Shown: piece by piece, positions 16,232 to 27,184 of the stretch
How the letters are laid out: each line of letters starts with the position of its first letter
How positions within the stretch are numbered: position 1 is the first letter of the stretch
Source of the DNA: the human T2T-CHM13v2.0 reference genome, Homo sapiens
Length of the DNA stretch: 64,000 nucleotides
Assembly: GCF_009914755.1 (NCBI RefSeq)
Contig: NC_060939.1
Reading direction: 5' to 3' (one strand)
Notes under the pieces: model-generated
What the model saw: only the letters and a program-made list of their open reading frames with translations
The model's database searches: none
What the model was told of the DNA's origin: nothing
Translations under genes and position numbers: made by a program

Positions 16232-16352
16232 AACGTGGGCTGTGACTTCGAGATTGACTCCGGTGCTATGGAGGACCGCTGTGGTGTGTGCCACGGCAAC
16301 GGCTCCACCTGCCACACCGTGAGCGGGACCTTCGAGGAGGCCGAGGGCCTGG
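16232..16352 (+). pseudogene. ADAMTS7P3: ADAMTS7P exon 14 equivalent
   Basis: ttgcag|AAC GTG ... CTG G|gtatgg; NVGCDFEIDSGAMEDRCGVCHGNGSTCHTVSGTFEEAEGL. Confidence 0.93.
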
Positions 16353-17019
16353 GTATGGGGTGGGACCGCTGTGGGGAGGGGTGTGCTCTTCATCTGGTGG
16401 CCCCTTCCCCATCTCCCCCGGGCCCCTGTCCTTGGCCCATGTCCTTGGCCTCGTGGTCCCCACCCAGCCTAGAGACGGCTAAGCAGGGAAGCCTTGCTGG
16501 GGTGGATTCTTGCAGGAGTCAGGGGACCCCTGGCCCACGTGCAGAGACCTGCCCCCATGGGGAGTCCTCCTGTCCCAGAGACCCAGCTTGTGTGTGGCCC
16601 CTGGGCCTTTCCAGTCATGGTAGTCTCCTCCTGAAGCTTCTGAGACCCCAGCTCTGTGCCCTCACCTCCGGTCTATTTTGCACACGTTGATCAAGTACTG
16701 ACTGTGTGCTAGGTGATGGGGATATGCAGGTGAAGCACTTAGTCCTGCAGGGGGACAGAACCTTCTGGTGTGACCATTACAGTGGAGGGAGGCCCAGAGG
16801 GCTGTGGGAGCACTGAGGAAGAAGGTCCTGGCCTGGGGAAGTCAGGGAAGGTTTCCTGTAGGAGACGGAAGTCGAGCTGAATCATAAAACTCAGAAGAGA
16901 TGGAAAGGGCATTCCAAATGGAGGAAAGAGCTTGTGCCAGAGCCTGGAGGCAAGAAGGGAAGGCAGGGCCAGCTATGGGGCCTTGAGTGCCAGGCTGAGA
17001 AGCTTAGATTTCATCCCAG

Positions 17020-17230
17020 AGATGCAGTGCAGTGTGGTGGATAAAGCACTGGCCGTGGAGGCTGCTCATACCGCAGCAGGATGTTCATGTACGTTACTAT
17101 CCCCTTCTGCCTCACTTTGCTCATCTGTAAAATGGGGATAACAATAGTACCTATGCTATAGGGCCATTACCCATGAGCTTACACATGTGAGGTGCTGAGA
17201 GTAGTGCCTGGCACGTGATGGGTGTGATGG
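17020..17230 (+). mobile_element. MIR
   Basis: Core ctgcctcactttgctcatctgtaaaatggggataacaatagtacct ... agtagtgcctggcac. Confidence 0.8.
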
Positions 17231-17613
17231 AAGTGAATGAATAAAAGCAGGCCGCATGGGGATGAGGAGGGTGTCCCAGGAGAAAGGCCTGGGCACTTTG
17301 GCCTTTTTAGAAAGAAGATGCCAGCCGGCCCTTAGAGTAGGGGATGGATCCAGCCTTGTGATGAGACCAGTTTAGGTCCCCAAGAGAGGGGTGATGGGGC
17401 ATGGCCACGGGGTCAGGATTTTGTGGCACCTCTGCGAGGTTTTGGTGACCCATGACAGATCCGAGCAATTTAGGGAGCTCAGACTTTAAAGCTAATGGCG
17501 AAATCTTTGGCATCAGCAGGCGGAGGCAAGTGGGGAGAGACATGAGGGGAGCAGGTAGGGATAAGCAACCTTCTCACCCTGGGCACAACCTATGCACAAC
17601 CCTTGGCTGACAG

Positions 17614-17858
17614 GGTATGTGGACGTGGGGCTGATCCCAGCCGGCGCACGCGAGATCCGCCTCCAGGAGGTTGCCGAGGCTGCCAACTTCCTGGCACTGC
17701 GGAGCGAGGACCCGGAGAAGTACTTCCTCAATGATGGCTGGACCATCCAGTGGAACGGGGGCTACCAGGTGGCAGGGACCACCTTCACATACGCACGCAG
17801 GGGCAACTGGGAGAACCTCACGTCCCCGGGTCCCACCAAGGAGCCTGTCTGGATCCAG
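17614..17858 (+). pseudogene. ADAMTS7P3: ADAMTS7P exon 15 equivalent (spacer domain)
   Basis: gacag|GG TAT GTG ... ATC CAG|gtgcct; [39 protein letters not shown]...KEPVWIQ. Confidence 0.93.
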
Positions 17859-18139
17859 GTGCCTGCCTCCCGTGGCCCAGGCTGGGGGAGCAGAGGCGGA
17901 GTCCCTAGGCCCAGCACCCTCCATGGCAGGTCTCGTCCTGGAGGAGTGAGCCCTGGTTCAGTCACAGAGCTTGGCTCTGAGCCCAGCCCTCCTGCTGCGG
18001 CCTCTACCTCGGTTTCCCCATCTTTAAAATGGCCCAGTCGTGTAGCTGCAGTTCACAGAGGTGGCTGGCATCGGCTCCTTTAGGACTGGGTGGATGGAGA
18101 AGACACCTCATGCTAGTGGGCCCCCGCCTGCCAACCCAG

Positions 18140-18281
18140 CTGCTGTTCTAGGAAAGCAACCCCGGGGTACACTACGAGCACACCATCCACAGGGAGGCAG
18201 GTGGCCACAGCAAGGTCCCGCTGCCCGAGTTCTCCTGGCACTGTGGGCCCTGGACCAAGTGCACAGTCACCTGTGGCAGAG
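18140..18281 (+). pseudogene. ADAMTS7P3: ADAMTS7P exon 16 equivalent with TAG at 18149-18151
   Basis: cccag|CTG CTG TTC TAG GAA AGC AAC ... AGA G|gtgaga; LLF*ESNPGVHYEHTIHRE...WTKCTVTCGR. Confidence 0.92.
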
Positions 18282-18699
18282 GTGAGAAGTGGGGCAGGCA
18301 CAGCCCCACCAGCACGGGCTTTGTCTCTAGACAGGGACACTGGCTTCAGCTCCCAGCTCACTGCTGGGCTACCATGGGTTTGGAAGTTTGCTTCTCTGAG
18401 CCTCAGTTCCCCATCTGTGAGATGAGGCTAGCGATTGCCCTGTGTCCCAGGCCCGCTGGGAGGGTACATGGATGAGGCAGGTGGGTGCTGGCTCGCGGTG
18501 CGTGCTCAGTGTGCTCCAGCTCTTGGTGTTCTCCTTCCAGGGGACACAGCTCCCCCTCGATTTTGTCCTTGCTCAGTTCTGGCAGGTCTTGTACCTGCAT
18601 TTCTGCAGCGTCCCGGAGACCAGCCCAGGCCCCTCACCACACTGACTTATTTCCCTGAACTGTTTATAAAAAGTAGGGCAATTTCATTAACTCCGACTC

Positions 18700-18960
18700 T
18701 TCCTTCCCGTATTTCCCGTCTCCCCCCATGCTCCTCAGTCTCCCCTCTCTCTGTCTCTTTGTCTCCTCCCCACTGCTCCTCAGTCTCTCCTCTGCCCCTC
18801 CGTCTACCCCCATGCCTCTCAGTCTCCCCCCCGCCCCCCAGTACCCCCCCGCCCCTTGGTCTTCCTCCCCCAACTCAGTCTCCCCTGCCGTTCCTTGGTC
18901 TCCCCACATCTCAGTCTCCCCCTTTGTCTCTTAGTCTTCCCCTTTTCCCCTCAGTCTTCC
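18700..18960. repeat. CT-rich low-complexity tract
   Basis: Repeated ctcagtctcccc motifs; strongly pyrimidine-biased. Confidence 0.8.
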
Positions 18961-19049
18961 CATGGTTGACACTCAGTGTCCTCAGGGTCTCAGAATCGGG
19001 AATCTGAGATACAGACATTTCAGCATTCCTTCAAATGCTATTATGATGA

Positions 19050-19776
<727 letters not shown>

Positions 19777-20707
19777 TGAATCCCAGCAAGGGACTTGTGC
19801 CTTTTTCTCCCAAGCCAGGACTGTCCCAGACCCCCCTAGTTGCAAGGGAGCGTCAGTGGGGTGTGTTTTCAGCAGGTCCCATTGCTGCCTTGAGCAAAAT
19901 CGGAATCTGTTGGTGAGGAAAGAGGGGAATGAGTGTGGGACTGGCAGCTCGGGGGAGGGACAACTTACTCTCGGGACCACGGGGCAGGGGGTGGAGCAGA
20001 GAAGGCAGAGCCACCAGCAGAGGGGGTCCTGCAGCTGGGCTTCAACAGGCAGTATGGAAGTGAGTGTCCAAGGTGAGGAGCGTGGCTGTGCAAAGTCCCC
20101 AGGGTGGGCGGTGGCAGAGGGTGTGAAGGACAGGAGCAGTGCCAAGGCTGGTGTGGGGGTGGGGAGCAGGGGCTGTCCCTTCATGCCCCATTTCTTGTCC
20201 AGACGTTCTCTGAGCCATTGGGAAGGGTGTGGATGGTGGGACGGCCTTGACGCCACGGCTGGGTTTGCATGCTAGCAGCAGCTGGCATGGATCGAGCTCT
20301 TAGGATGTGCCGGGCAAGGGCCGAGCCTACACATGCAAGAACACATGCAGTCCTCCCTCCAGGGCTTGGAGGAGGCAGGATTGTTGCTCCCACTTCACAG
20401 AGGAGGACACTGAGGTTCAGAGAGGCCAAATGAGCTGCCCATGGTTTCAGCTAGGAAGCAGAGGGTCTGGGCACCCAACCCACTAAAACTCCACACTCTG
20501 CCACCCCTCCAGGCACAGCCAGAGGGGAGGCTACATAGGAGAAAAGGGGGTGTGTGAGAACCAGGAGGACAGCGAGGAGGTGACGGTGGAGGTCTGCCTT
20601 CATCCTGACACAGGCAGTAAGGTGCTGTTCTGGCAGAGAGAGTGTCTTTGGGTCTTGGGCGGTGGGCACCTGGGTGCCAGTCCCAGGCTGAGCCCCATGG
20701 CCCCTAG

Positions 20708-20834
20708 GTGTGCAGAGGCAGAGTGTGTACTGCTCAGAGCGGCAGGCAGGACCTGTGGACGAGGAGCACTGTCATCCCCTGGGCCGGCCTGATGACCGCC
20801 AGAGGAAGTGCAGCGAGCAGCCCTGCCCTGCCAG
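20708..20834 (+). pseudogene. ADAMTS7P3: ADAMTS7P exon 17 equivalent (TSR)
   Basis: cctag|GT GTG CAG AGG ... GCC AG|gtgagc; [41 protein letters not shown]. Confidence 0.92.
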
Positions 20835-20839
20835 GTGAG

Positions 20840-21103
20840 CCCACCCCCATCCCCTGCCAACTCCCCACCCCCATCCCCTGCCAACTCCCCACCCCCATCC
20901 CCTGCCAACTCCCCACCCCCATCCCCTGCCAACTCCCCACCCCCTGCCAACTCCCCACCCCCATCCCCTGCCAACTCCCCACCCCCATCCCCTGCCAACT
21001 CCCCGCCCCCCACCCCCTGCCCACTCCCCGCCCCCCACCCCCTGCCCACTCCCCGCCCCCCACCCCCTGCCCACTCCCCGCCCCCCGCCAACTCCCCACC
21101 CCC
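20840..21103. repeat. C-rich minisatellite, ~24-bp unit CCCCACCCCCATCCCCTGCCAACT and variants
   Basis: About 11 tandem units starting right after the exon-17 donor. Confidence 0.95.
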
Positions 21104-21568
21104 AGGCGTCCTGGGTCTGCCACAGGCCCCTACATCTGGGTCCCTGGAGACCCCGGGGGGGAGCAGAGGGAGCTGGGCTTTCATTCTCTTCCCAAGGCTG
21201 AAGCCCTAACCCCAGGTCACCCCTCACCCCAGGTCACCCCTCACCCCAGCCTAGGCCAGCCTGGGCCAGCCTGGACACCTGTGGTCCTCTTCTTTGGATC
21301 CCTGGATGTGGAAATAGGCCTCAGGTCATGCTCAGTTTCCCTGAGGGGAGGGTGGCAGGAGCAGAGGGGCTGTGCTATGTCACCAGGCTTTGAGGTCAAG
21401 AAACTTACCTGGGCTTGGATCTCTGGAGAATCAACCACTGGCCTCAGTCCCAGCTCTACCCAAACCCTGAAGGCCTGGAAGCCCATTCCCTGCTGGTGAG
21501 CCTGCTGAAGAGCCTGCTGATGCCACCCGTCTGATGCCATGCTGATGCCACCCATGTGCCCCCGCCAG

Positions 21569-21782
21569 GTGGTGGGCAGGTGAGTGGCAGCCGTGCTCCA
21601 GCTCCTGCGGGGCCTGGGGGCCTCTCCTGCCGGGCCATGCTCTGCATCCGCAGCATGGGGCTGGATGAGCAGAGTGCCTTGGGGCCACCCGCCTGTGAAC
21701 ACTTCCCTGGCCCCCTACTGAAACCCTTTGCAACTGCCATGTGCCCTGTCTGGCTACCTGGGCTGTGGGGAACTGGTTTCAG
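21569..21782 (+). pseudogene. ADAMTS7P3: ADAMTS7P exon 18 equivalent with +1 and -1 frameshifts and donor GT>TT
   Basis: gccag|G TGG TGG GCA GGT GAG TGG; extra G in tgcggggcct (~21609-21612); 1-nt loss near 21702; ends AAC TGG TTT CAG|ttgagc. Confidence 0.88.
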
Positions 21783-22042
21783 TTGAGCGTGGGATGGGAG
21801 AGGGCCCACCTCCAGCTCCACCCTTGGTCTTCGGCTATCGGGAGGCAGACAGCCTTCCTGGAGCCCTCGTGGGTGGGAGGGAGTCTGGGCATTCCAGGGT
21901 CCAGCCCCTGACTAAAGCCTCAGGGATCAGGAAGCCCCTGGCAAGCATGGCCATAGTCATGGCCTTGAGCTGGGCAGGGCCAGAGAGGGCTGGCTGGGGT
22001 CTCTGCCACTCCTAAGCCCCCTCACCCTGGCTTCCCCTGCAG

Positions 22043-23448
22043 TGCTCAGTGACATGTGGGGAGGGCACTCAGCGCCGAAATGTCCTCTGCACCAATGACA
22101 TCGGTGTCCCCTGTGACGAGGCCCAGCAGCCAGCTAGCAAAGTCACCTGCTCTCTGCCACTCTGTTAATGGCCCCTGGGCACACTGGGCCCTGAAGGCTC
22201 AGGCAGCGGCTCCTCCAGCCACGAGCTCTTCAATGAGGCTGACTTCATCCCGCGCCACCTGGCCCCACGCCCTTCACCCGCCTCATCACCCAAGCCAGGC
22301 ACCATGGGCAACGCCATTGAGGAGGAGGCTCCAGAGCTGGACCTGCCGGGGCCCATGTTGGTGGACGACTTCTACTACGACTACAATTTCATCAACTTCC
22401 ACGAGGATCTGTCCTATGGGCCCTCTGAGGAACCCGATCTAGACCTGGTGGGGACGGGGGACCGGACACCCCCACTACACAGCCATCCTGCACCCTCCAC
22501 GGGTAGCCCCGTGCCTGCCACAGAGCCTCCTGCAGCCAAGGAGGAGGGGGCACCGGGACCTTGGTCCCTTAGCCCTTGGCCCAGCCAGGCCGGCTGCTTC
22601 CCATCCCCACCCTCAGAGCAGACCCCTGGGAACCCTTTGATCAATTTCCTGCCTGAGGAAGATGCCCCCATAGGGGCCCCAGATCTTGGGCTCTCCAGCC
22701 TGCCCTGGCCCAGGGTTTCTACCGATGGCCTGCAGACACTTGCTGCCCCTGATAGCCAAAATGATTTCCCAGTTAGCAAGGACAGCCAGAGCCAGCTGCC
22801 CCCTCCATGGCGGGGCAGGACCAATGAGGTTTTCAAGGATGATGAACCTGAGGGCCGTGGAGCACCCCACCTGCCCCCGAGACCCAGCCCCACGCTGCCC
22901 CCTTTGTCCTGTCGGCAGCACCCACTCCTCTCCTAGTCCCGACGTGGCGGAGCTGTGGACAGGAGGGATAGTGGCCTGGGAGCCAGCTCTGGAGGGTGGC
23001 CTGGGGCCTGTGGACAGTGAACTGTGGCCCACTGTTGGGGTGGCTTCTCCCCCTCCTCCTCCCATAGCCCCTCTGCCAGAGATGAAGGGCAGGGACAGTT
23101 CCCTGGAGCCAGGGACTCCCACCTTCCCAACCCCAGGACCAGGCTCATGGGACCTGCAGACTGTGGCAGTGTGGGGGACCTTCCTCCCCACAACCCTGAC
23201 TGGCCTCGGGCACATGCCTGAGCCTGCCCTGAACCCAGGACCCAGGACCCAAGGGCCAGCCTGAGTCCCTCAGCCCTGAGGTGCCCCTGAGCTCTAGGCT
23301 GCTGTCCACACCAGCTTGGGACAGCCCCGCCAACAGCCACAGAGCCCCTGAGACCCAGCCACTGCCTCCCAGCCTGGCTGAAGCGGGGCCCCCCGCGGAC
23401 CCGTTGGTTGTCAGGAATGCCAGCTGGCAAGCGGGAAACTGGAGCGAG
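22043..23448 (+). pseudogene. ADAMTS7P3: ADAMTS7P exon 19 equivalent (large mucin-like exon) with TAA at 22166, a -2 frameshift near 22908 and a +7 duplication at 23234-23247
   Basis: ctgcag|TGC TCA GTG ACA; ORF-track pieces 22304-22936, 22686-23264 and 23281-23580 carry consecutive ADAMTS7 mucin sequence in three frames; ends AGC GAG|gcaagt. Confidence 0.92.
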
Positions 23449-24345
23449 GCAAGTGGTGTGGGCTGGGCGGGCAGGGAGTTTGCGGGGGACCTTGGTGACT
23501 GTTTCTTCACTGAAAATGAGCAGAGTGGGACACGGGCCGTCTGTCTCGCCTCCCTCGGGGAAGGGGTTCCCAGGATTTAGGGGGGTGAGGGGACCCCGGG
23601 GCCCATTCCTGGGCAGCACAGCGGGCCTCAGGGAAGGCAGGGGCAGGCACACTCTGGCAGCACAGCACGCCCCAGGATGGAGCTGGCTCAGACAGCTGTG
23701 CAGTGGGGAGGGTCCCCGCGTGGCCGCCGGCCCCGCAGCTTCCCTGAGGTTCTGCCTGGCTCCTCCAGGCTGGGCTCAGCCCACTGCCACCTGGCTCCGC
23801 CCTCCTCTAGCAGTGACCTGCAGGGGTCTGAGCTGCAAGAAAGAAGCTGGCTAGTGCCCCTCCCTGGGTCCCCAGATGGTCACTGCAGGAGAAGAAGCTT
23901 CTGTTCAGATCCCTAATTTGGAGGTGGGATGGGGTAGGCTGAAGCTTTACTCAGCGATTTGGCTGCTGGCACCAGGACCCAGCCTTCCTTCCCTGGTGCC
24001 TCTGGGAAGCCATGAGGATGGTCAGGATAGCTGGTCAGGGGTGCCCACAGGGTCCCCTCCCCCCACCTCTGCACCAATGACGCTGGAACACAGGCCCTTT
24101 GTCCCATGTGAGCAGGGATGGTTGGTTGCTGGGGGGATTTGACTTCTCATCCTCACAGTCTTCCTGGGAGGTGGGTGGAGGAGCCTATTTTGCAAATAAG
24201 GAAACTGAGGCCCAGAAGAGGGCCCCTGTCCTGCTGAGGTCTCCTGTCTTGCTGAGGTCTCGCTAGCCTAGGTGGGTAGTTTCCTGGCTGTGGAGGCCTG
24301 GCGGGGATGGGATCTGCCTGGCTTTCACGGGTCTGTTCCCCGCAG

Positions 24346-24498
24346 TGCTCTACCACCTGCGGCCTGGGTGTGGTCTGGAGGCCGGTGCGCTGTAGCTCTG
24401 GCCGGGATGAGGACTGTACCCCCGCTGGCCGGCCCCAGCCTGCCCGCCACTGCCACCTGCAGCCCTGTGCCACCTGGCACTCAGGCAACTGGAGTAAG
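24346..24498 (+). pseudogene. ADAMTS7P3: ADAMTS7P exon 20 equivalent (TSR)
   Basis: cgcag|TGC TCT ACC ... AGT AAG|gtgcgt; CSTTCGLGVVWRPVRCSSGRDEDC...WHSGNWSK. Confidence 0.93.
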
Positions 24499-24936
24499 GT
24501 GCGTGAGGATGGAGCCAGGACAGGCATTCCCAGGGTATGGGGTGGAGCCCTGGTTCCCCACGGCCTGTGTTCCGAGAGCGGCAGGGAAGGGGAGGGCTCC
24601 AGGCTGCACGTCTGTGTGCCCGATCACACCGGATTCTGAATCTCTTGGGAGTCTTCTCATCTTTGTCTGGCTTGGCCTGTCTCCTTTTCTCTGTATCTTT
24701 GACCCCATCTGGACTTGTCTTTCACTAGCTTGCCTTTGTTCTTCCCTTTCTCTGTCTGTCCCAGCCCATGGCAGTCTCTGGCCATGCCACCTTTTGCCTG
24801 GGGCCTGCCAGCCTTGGCCTCTCGCTGGGGTTCTTCAGATATTTCCCCGGGCTGGGGCGTGGGTCTGATGCCTTTCCCGCCACATGCCTCACAGGGTCAC
24901 ACCCGTGGGCCTGCACGTGGGTGTCTTGGTCCCCAG

Positions 24937-25110
24937 TGCTCGCGCAGCTGCGGTGGAGGTTCCTCAGTGCAGGACGTGCAGTGTGTGGATACACGGGACC
25001 TCTGGACACTGCAGCCCTTCCATTGTCAGCCCGGGCCTGCCAAACCGCCTGCACACCGGCCCTGCGGGGCCCAGCCCTGCCTCAGCTGTTACACATCTTC
25101 CTGGAGGGAG
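24937..25110 (+). pseudogene. ADAMTS7P3: ADAMTS7P exon 21 equivalent (TSR)
   Basis: cccag|TGC TCG CGC ... AGG GAG|gtgagg; CSRSCGGGSSVQDVQCVDTRDL...YTSSWRE. Confidence 0.93.
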
Positions 25111-25190
25111 GTGAGGCCTGGGGGTTCAGATCGGGGGAGGGGATGCCCTCAGACCCTGGCTGTGCCCTGACTCCTTCCCTGCCCACCCAG

Positions 25191-25337
25191 TGCTCCGAGG
25201 CCTGTGGCGGTGGTGAGCAGCAGCATCTGGTGACTTGCCCGGAGCCAGGCCTCTGCGAGGAGGCGCTGAGACCCAACACCACCTGGCCCTGCAACACCCA
25301 CCCCTGCACGCAGTGGGTGGTGGGGCCCTGGGGCCAG
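25191..25337 (+). pseudogene. ADAMTS7P3: ADAMTS7P exon 22 equivalent (TSR)
   Basis: cccag|TGC TCC GAG ... GGC CAG|gtgagc; CSEACGGGEQQHLVTCPEPGLCEE...WVVGPWGQ. Confidence 0.93.
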
Positions 25338-26462
25338 GTGAGCCGGGCTGTGGCGGGGAGCAGGGAGCAAGTGCTTGGTAGCACCTGGTCAGTCCTGGGT
25401 TGGGTGAAGGAGCTGTGGAGTGTGTGCTGTGAGCCAGGCTCTCTGTGGCCCCTGCACATGCAGCAGTGACTGGACAGCCCTGCCATGCTGGCGCTCACAC
25501 CTGCCAGGGAAAAACGGACAAGGAAAGGGCACATGTGTTATGATGTCAGGGAAGGCCTTCTGAGGAGGGGCCTGGGGTTGAGACCCGAGGGGAGGAGTCA
25601 GTGATGCCAAGGACACGGAATCGAGGGGACAGCAGGTGTGAAGTCTGAGGCAGGAATGTCGAGCTTGGGGCGATCAGGGAGCCCAGCAAAGGCCAGCGGC
25701 AGAAGGGGGCGTTAAGAGGGGCCTCGGATGGGCAGGATACCTTCTGCTGGGCCTGTTTGGAACTGAGGGGTTCAGAAATCTCAGGTTTGGGCCCTGAGCT
25801 GGGTCCTGGAGTCAGCTGGGCCAGCGTTTGAGTCTTTGTCCCACTGGCTGCTGAGTGACTGGGCAGGTTGCTTTGCTTTGCTGGGTCACTGTTTTCTCAT
25901 CTGTAAAATTGGAACAGCTTAGGAGAGGAGGGTCAGAAGGATTAAATGAAGGAACGTAATGAAGCACAGGGCTGGGCACAGCACGACACTGGCAGAGACT
26001 CAGCGCATGTTCAGGGCTGATAACAACGAAGCCTGGCGGGCTGGGCCCTGGCTGTGAAACCAGGCAGGTCCTCTGCCCTGTCCCTTGGGCACAGTGGTGT
26101 CTCGCCCACATCTCTGCCCACTGCTGCATCAGGGCTCCATCCCGGGGCCCCTGCCCAGGCTTCTCAGGCATGTCCTGTGTGAGGGGCTCACTGCCCTGCA
26201 GCCCCGAGGGCTGTCCCACGGTTCTCATGCCCCTTCCCTCTGCAGGAGCCAATCCCACAAGTGAGAGTGGGGTTCCGGCACCAAGTGGGCTCTAAGAATG
26301 GGACCAGGTCCTCCAGGAAGCACTGAGAGGGCGGCTGGGAGCAAGGCCAGGCCAGTCAGGCACAGGGCACAGGGCGCAGGGACGGCTTCCCAGAGGAGGT
26401 GTCCCTGCCCCCACTGCTAGGGCTGGCCCTGGAGACAGTCATTCCTCCCCTGCTCCCCCCAG

Positions 26463-26625
26463 TGCTCAGCCCCCTGTGGCAGTGGCGTCCAGCGGCGCCT
26501 AGTCAAGTGTGTCAACACCCAGACAGGGCTGCCCGAGGAAGACAGTGACCAGTGTGGCCATGAGGCCTGGCCTGAGAGCTCCCGGCCGTGTGGCACCGAG
26601 GATTGTGAGCCCATCGAGTCTCCCC
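26463..26625 (+). pseudogene. ADAMTS7P3: ADAMTS7P exon 23 equivalent (TSR)
   Basis: cccag|TGC TCA GCC ... CCC C|gtgagt; CSAPCGSGVQRRLVKCVNTQTGLPEEDSDQCGHEAWPESSRPCGTEDCEPIESP. Confidence 0.93.
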
Positions 26626-27114
26626 GTGAGTCCCCTGACCCCAGGCTCCCTGCTGAAGTGAGGTAGGGTGGGGAGGGTGATGGGGAAATGGTGTCGTCAA
26701 ACCATTGTGCCCACGGCACTGGCTGGTTCCATCTGTAGTCTGGGCTCAGGAGCCACATGGCCACTGAAAATCCTGATGCCACAGGATGCCTTGCCGGAGG
26801 CTGGGCTGTGCTGGGAGTCAGTCAAGGGGTGTCCCAGCCACACAACATCCTGCAGGCAGCTGTCTGGCCTCAGGGGAGAAGAGGGAGTGGCCCTGGCCCC
26901 TGAGTTGCTGTGTGAACCTGGGTAAGCTCTTTCTCCTCTAGGTCTCAGTCTTCCCACAGTGAAGCCAGGGATGGCCCTGAGGCTGTGTGAAAACAGCCTG
27001 GGTGAGACCCTGTCCTTAACCCTGATCTTAACCCTGACCTATCTATTCCCTGGCTAGAGGACTGCCTAGAGTGAGCAATAGAACCACATGAAGGGCCTCC
27101 CTCCCCTGCCCCCA

Positions 27115-27131
27115 ACATGCGCGCGCGCGCG

Positions 27132-27182
<51 letters not shown>
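27115..27182. repeat. Compound microsatellite (GC)11(AC)21
   Basis: Read directly: GC repeat 27119-27140, AC repeat 27141-27182. Confidence 0.97.

Positions 27183-27184
<2 letters not shown>

Noticed and set aside
20840-21103. CRISPR-like array
   Set aside because: Tandem units without unique spacers, eukaryotic context, no cas genes.
20600-21499. Gly/Pro-repeat proteins ([24 protein letters not shown])
   Set aside because: Translations of the 24-bp minisatellite.
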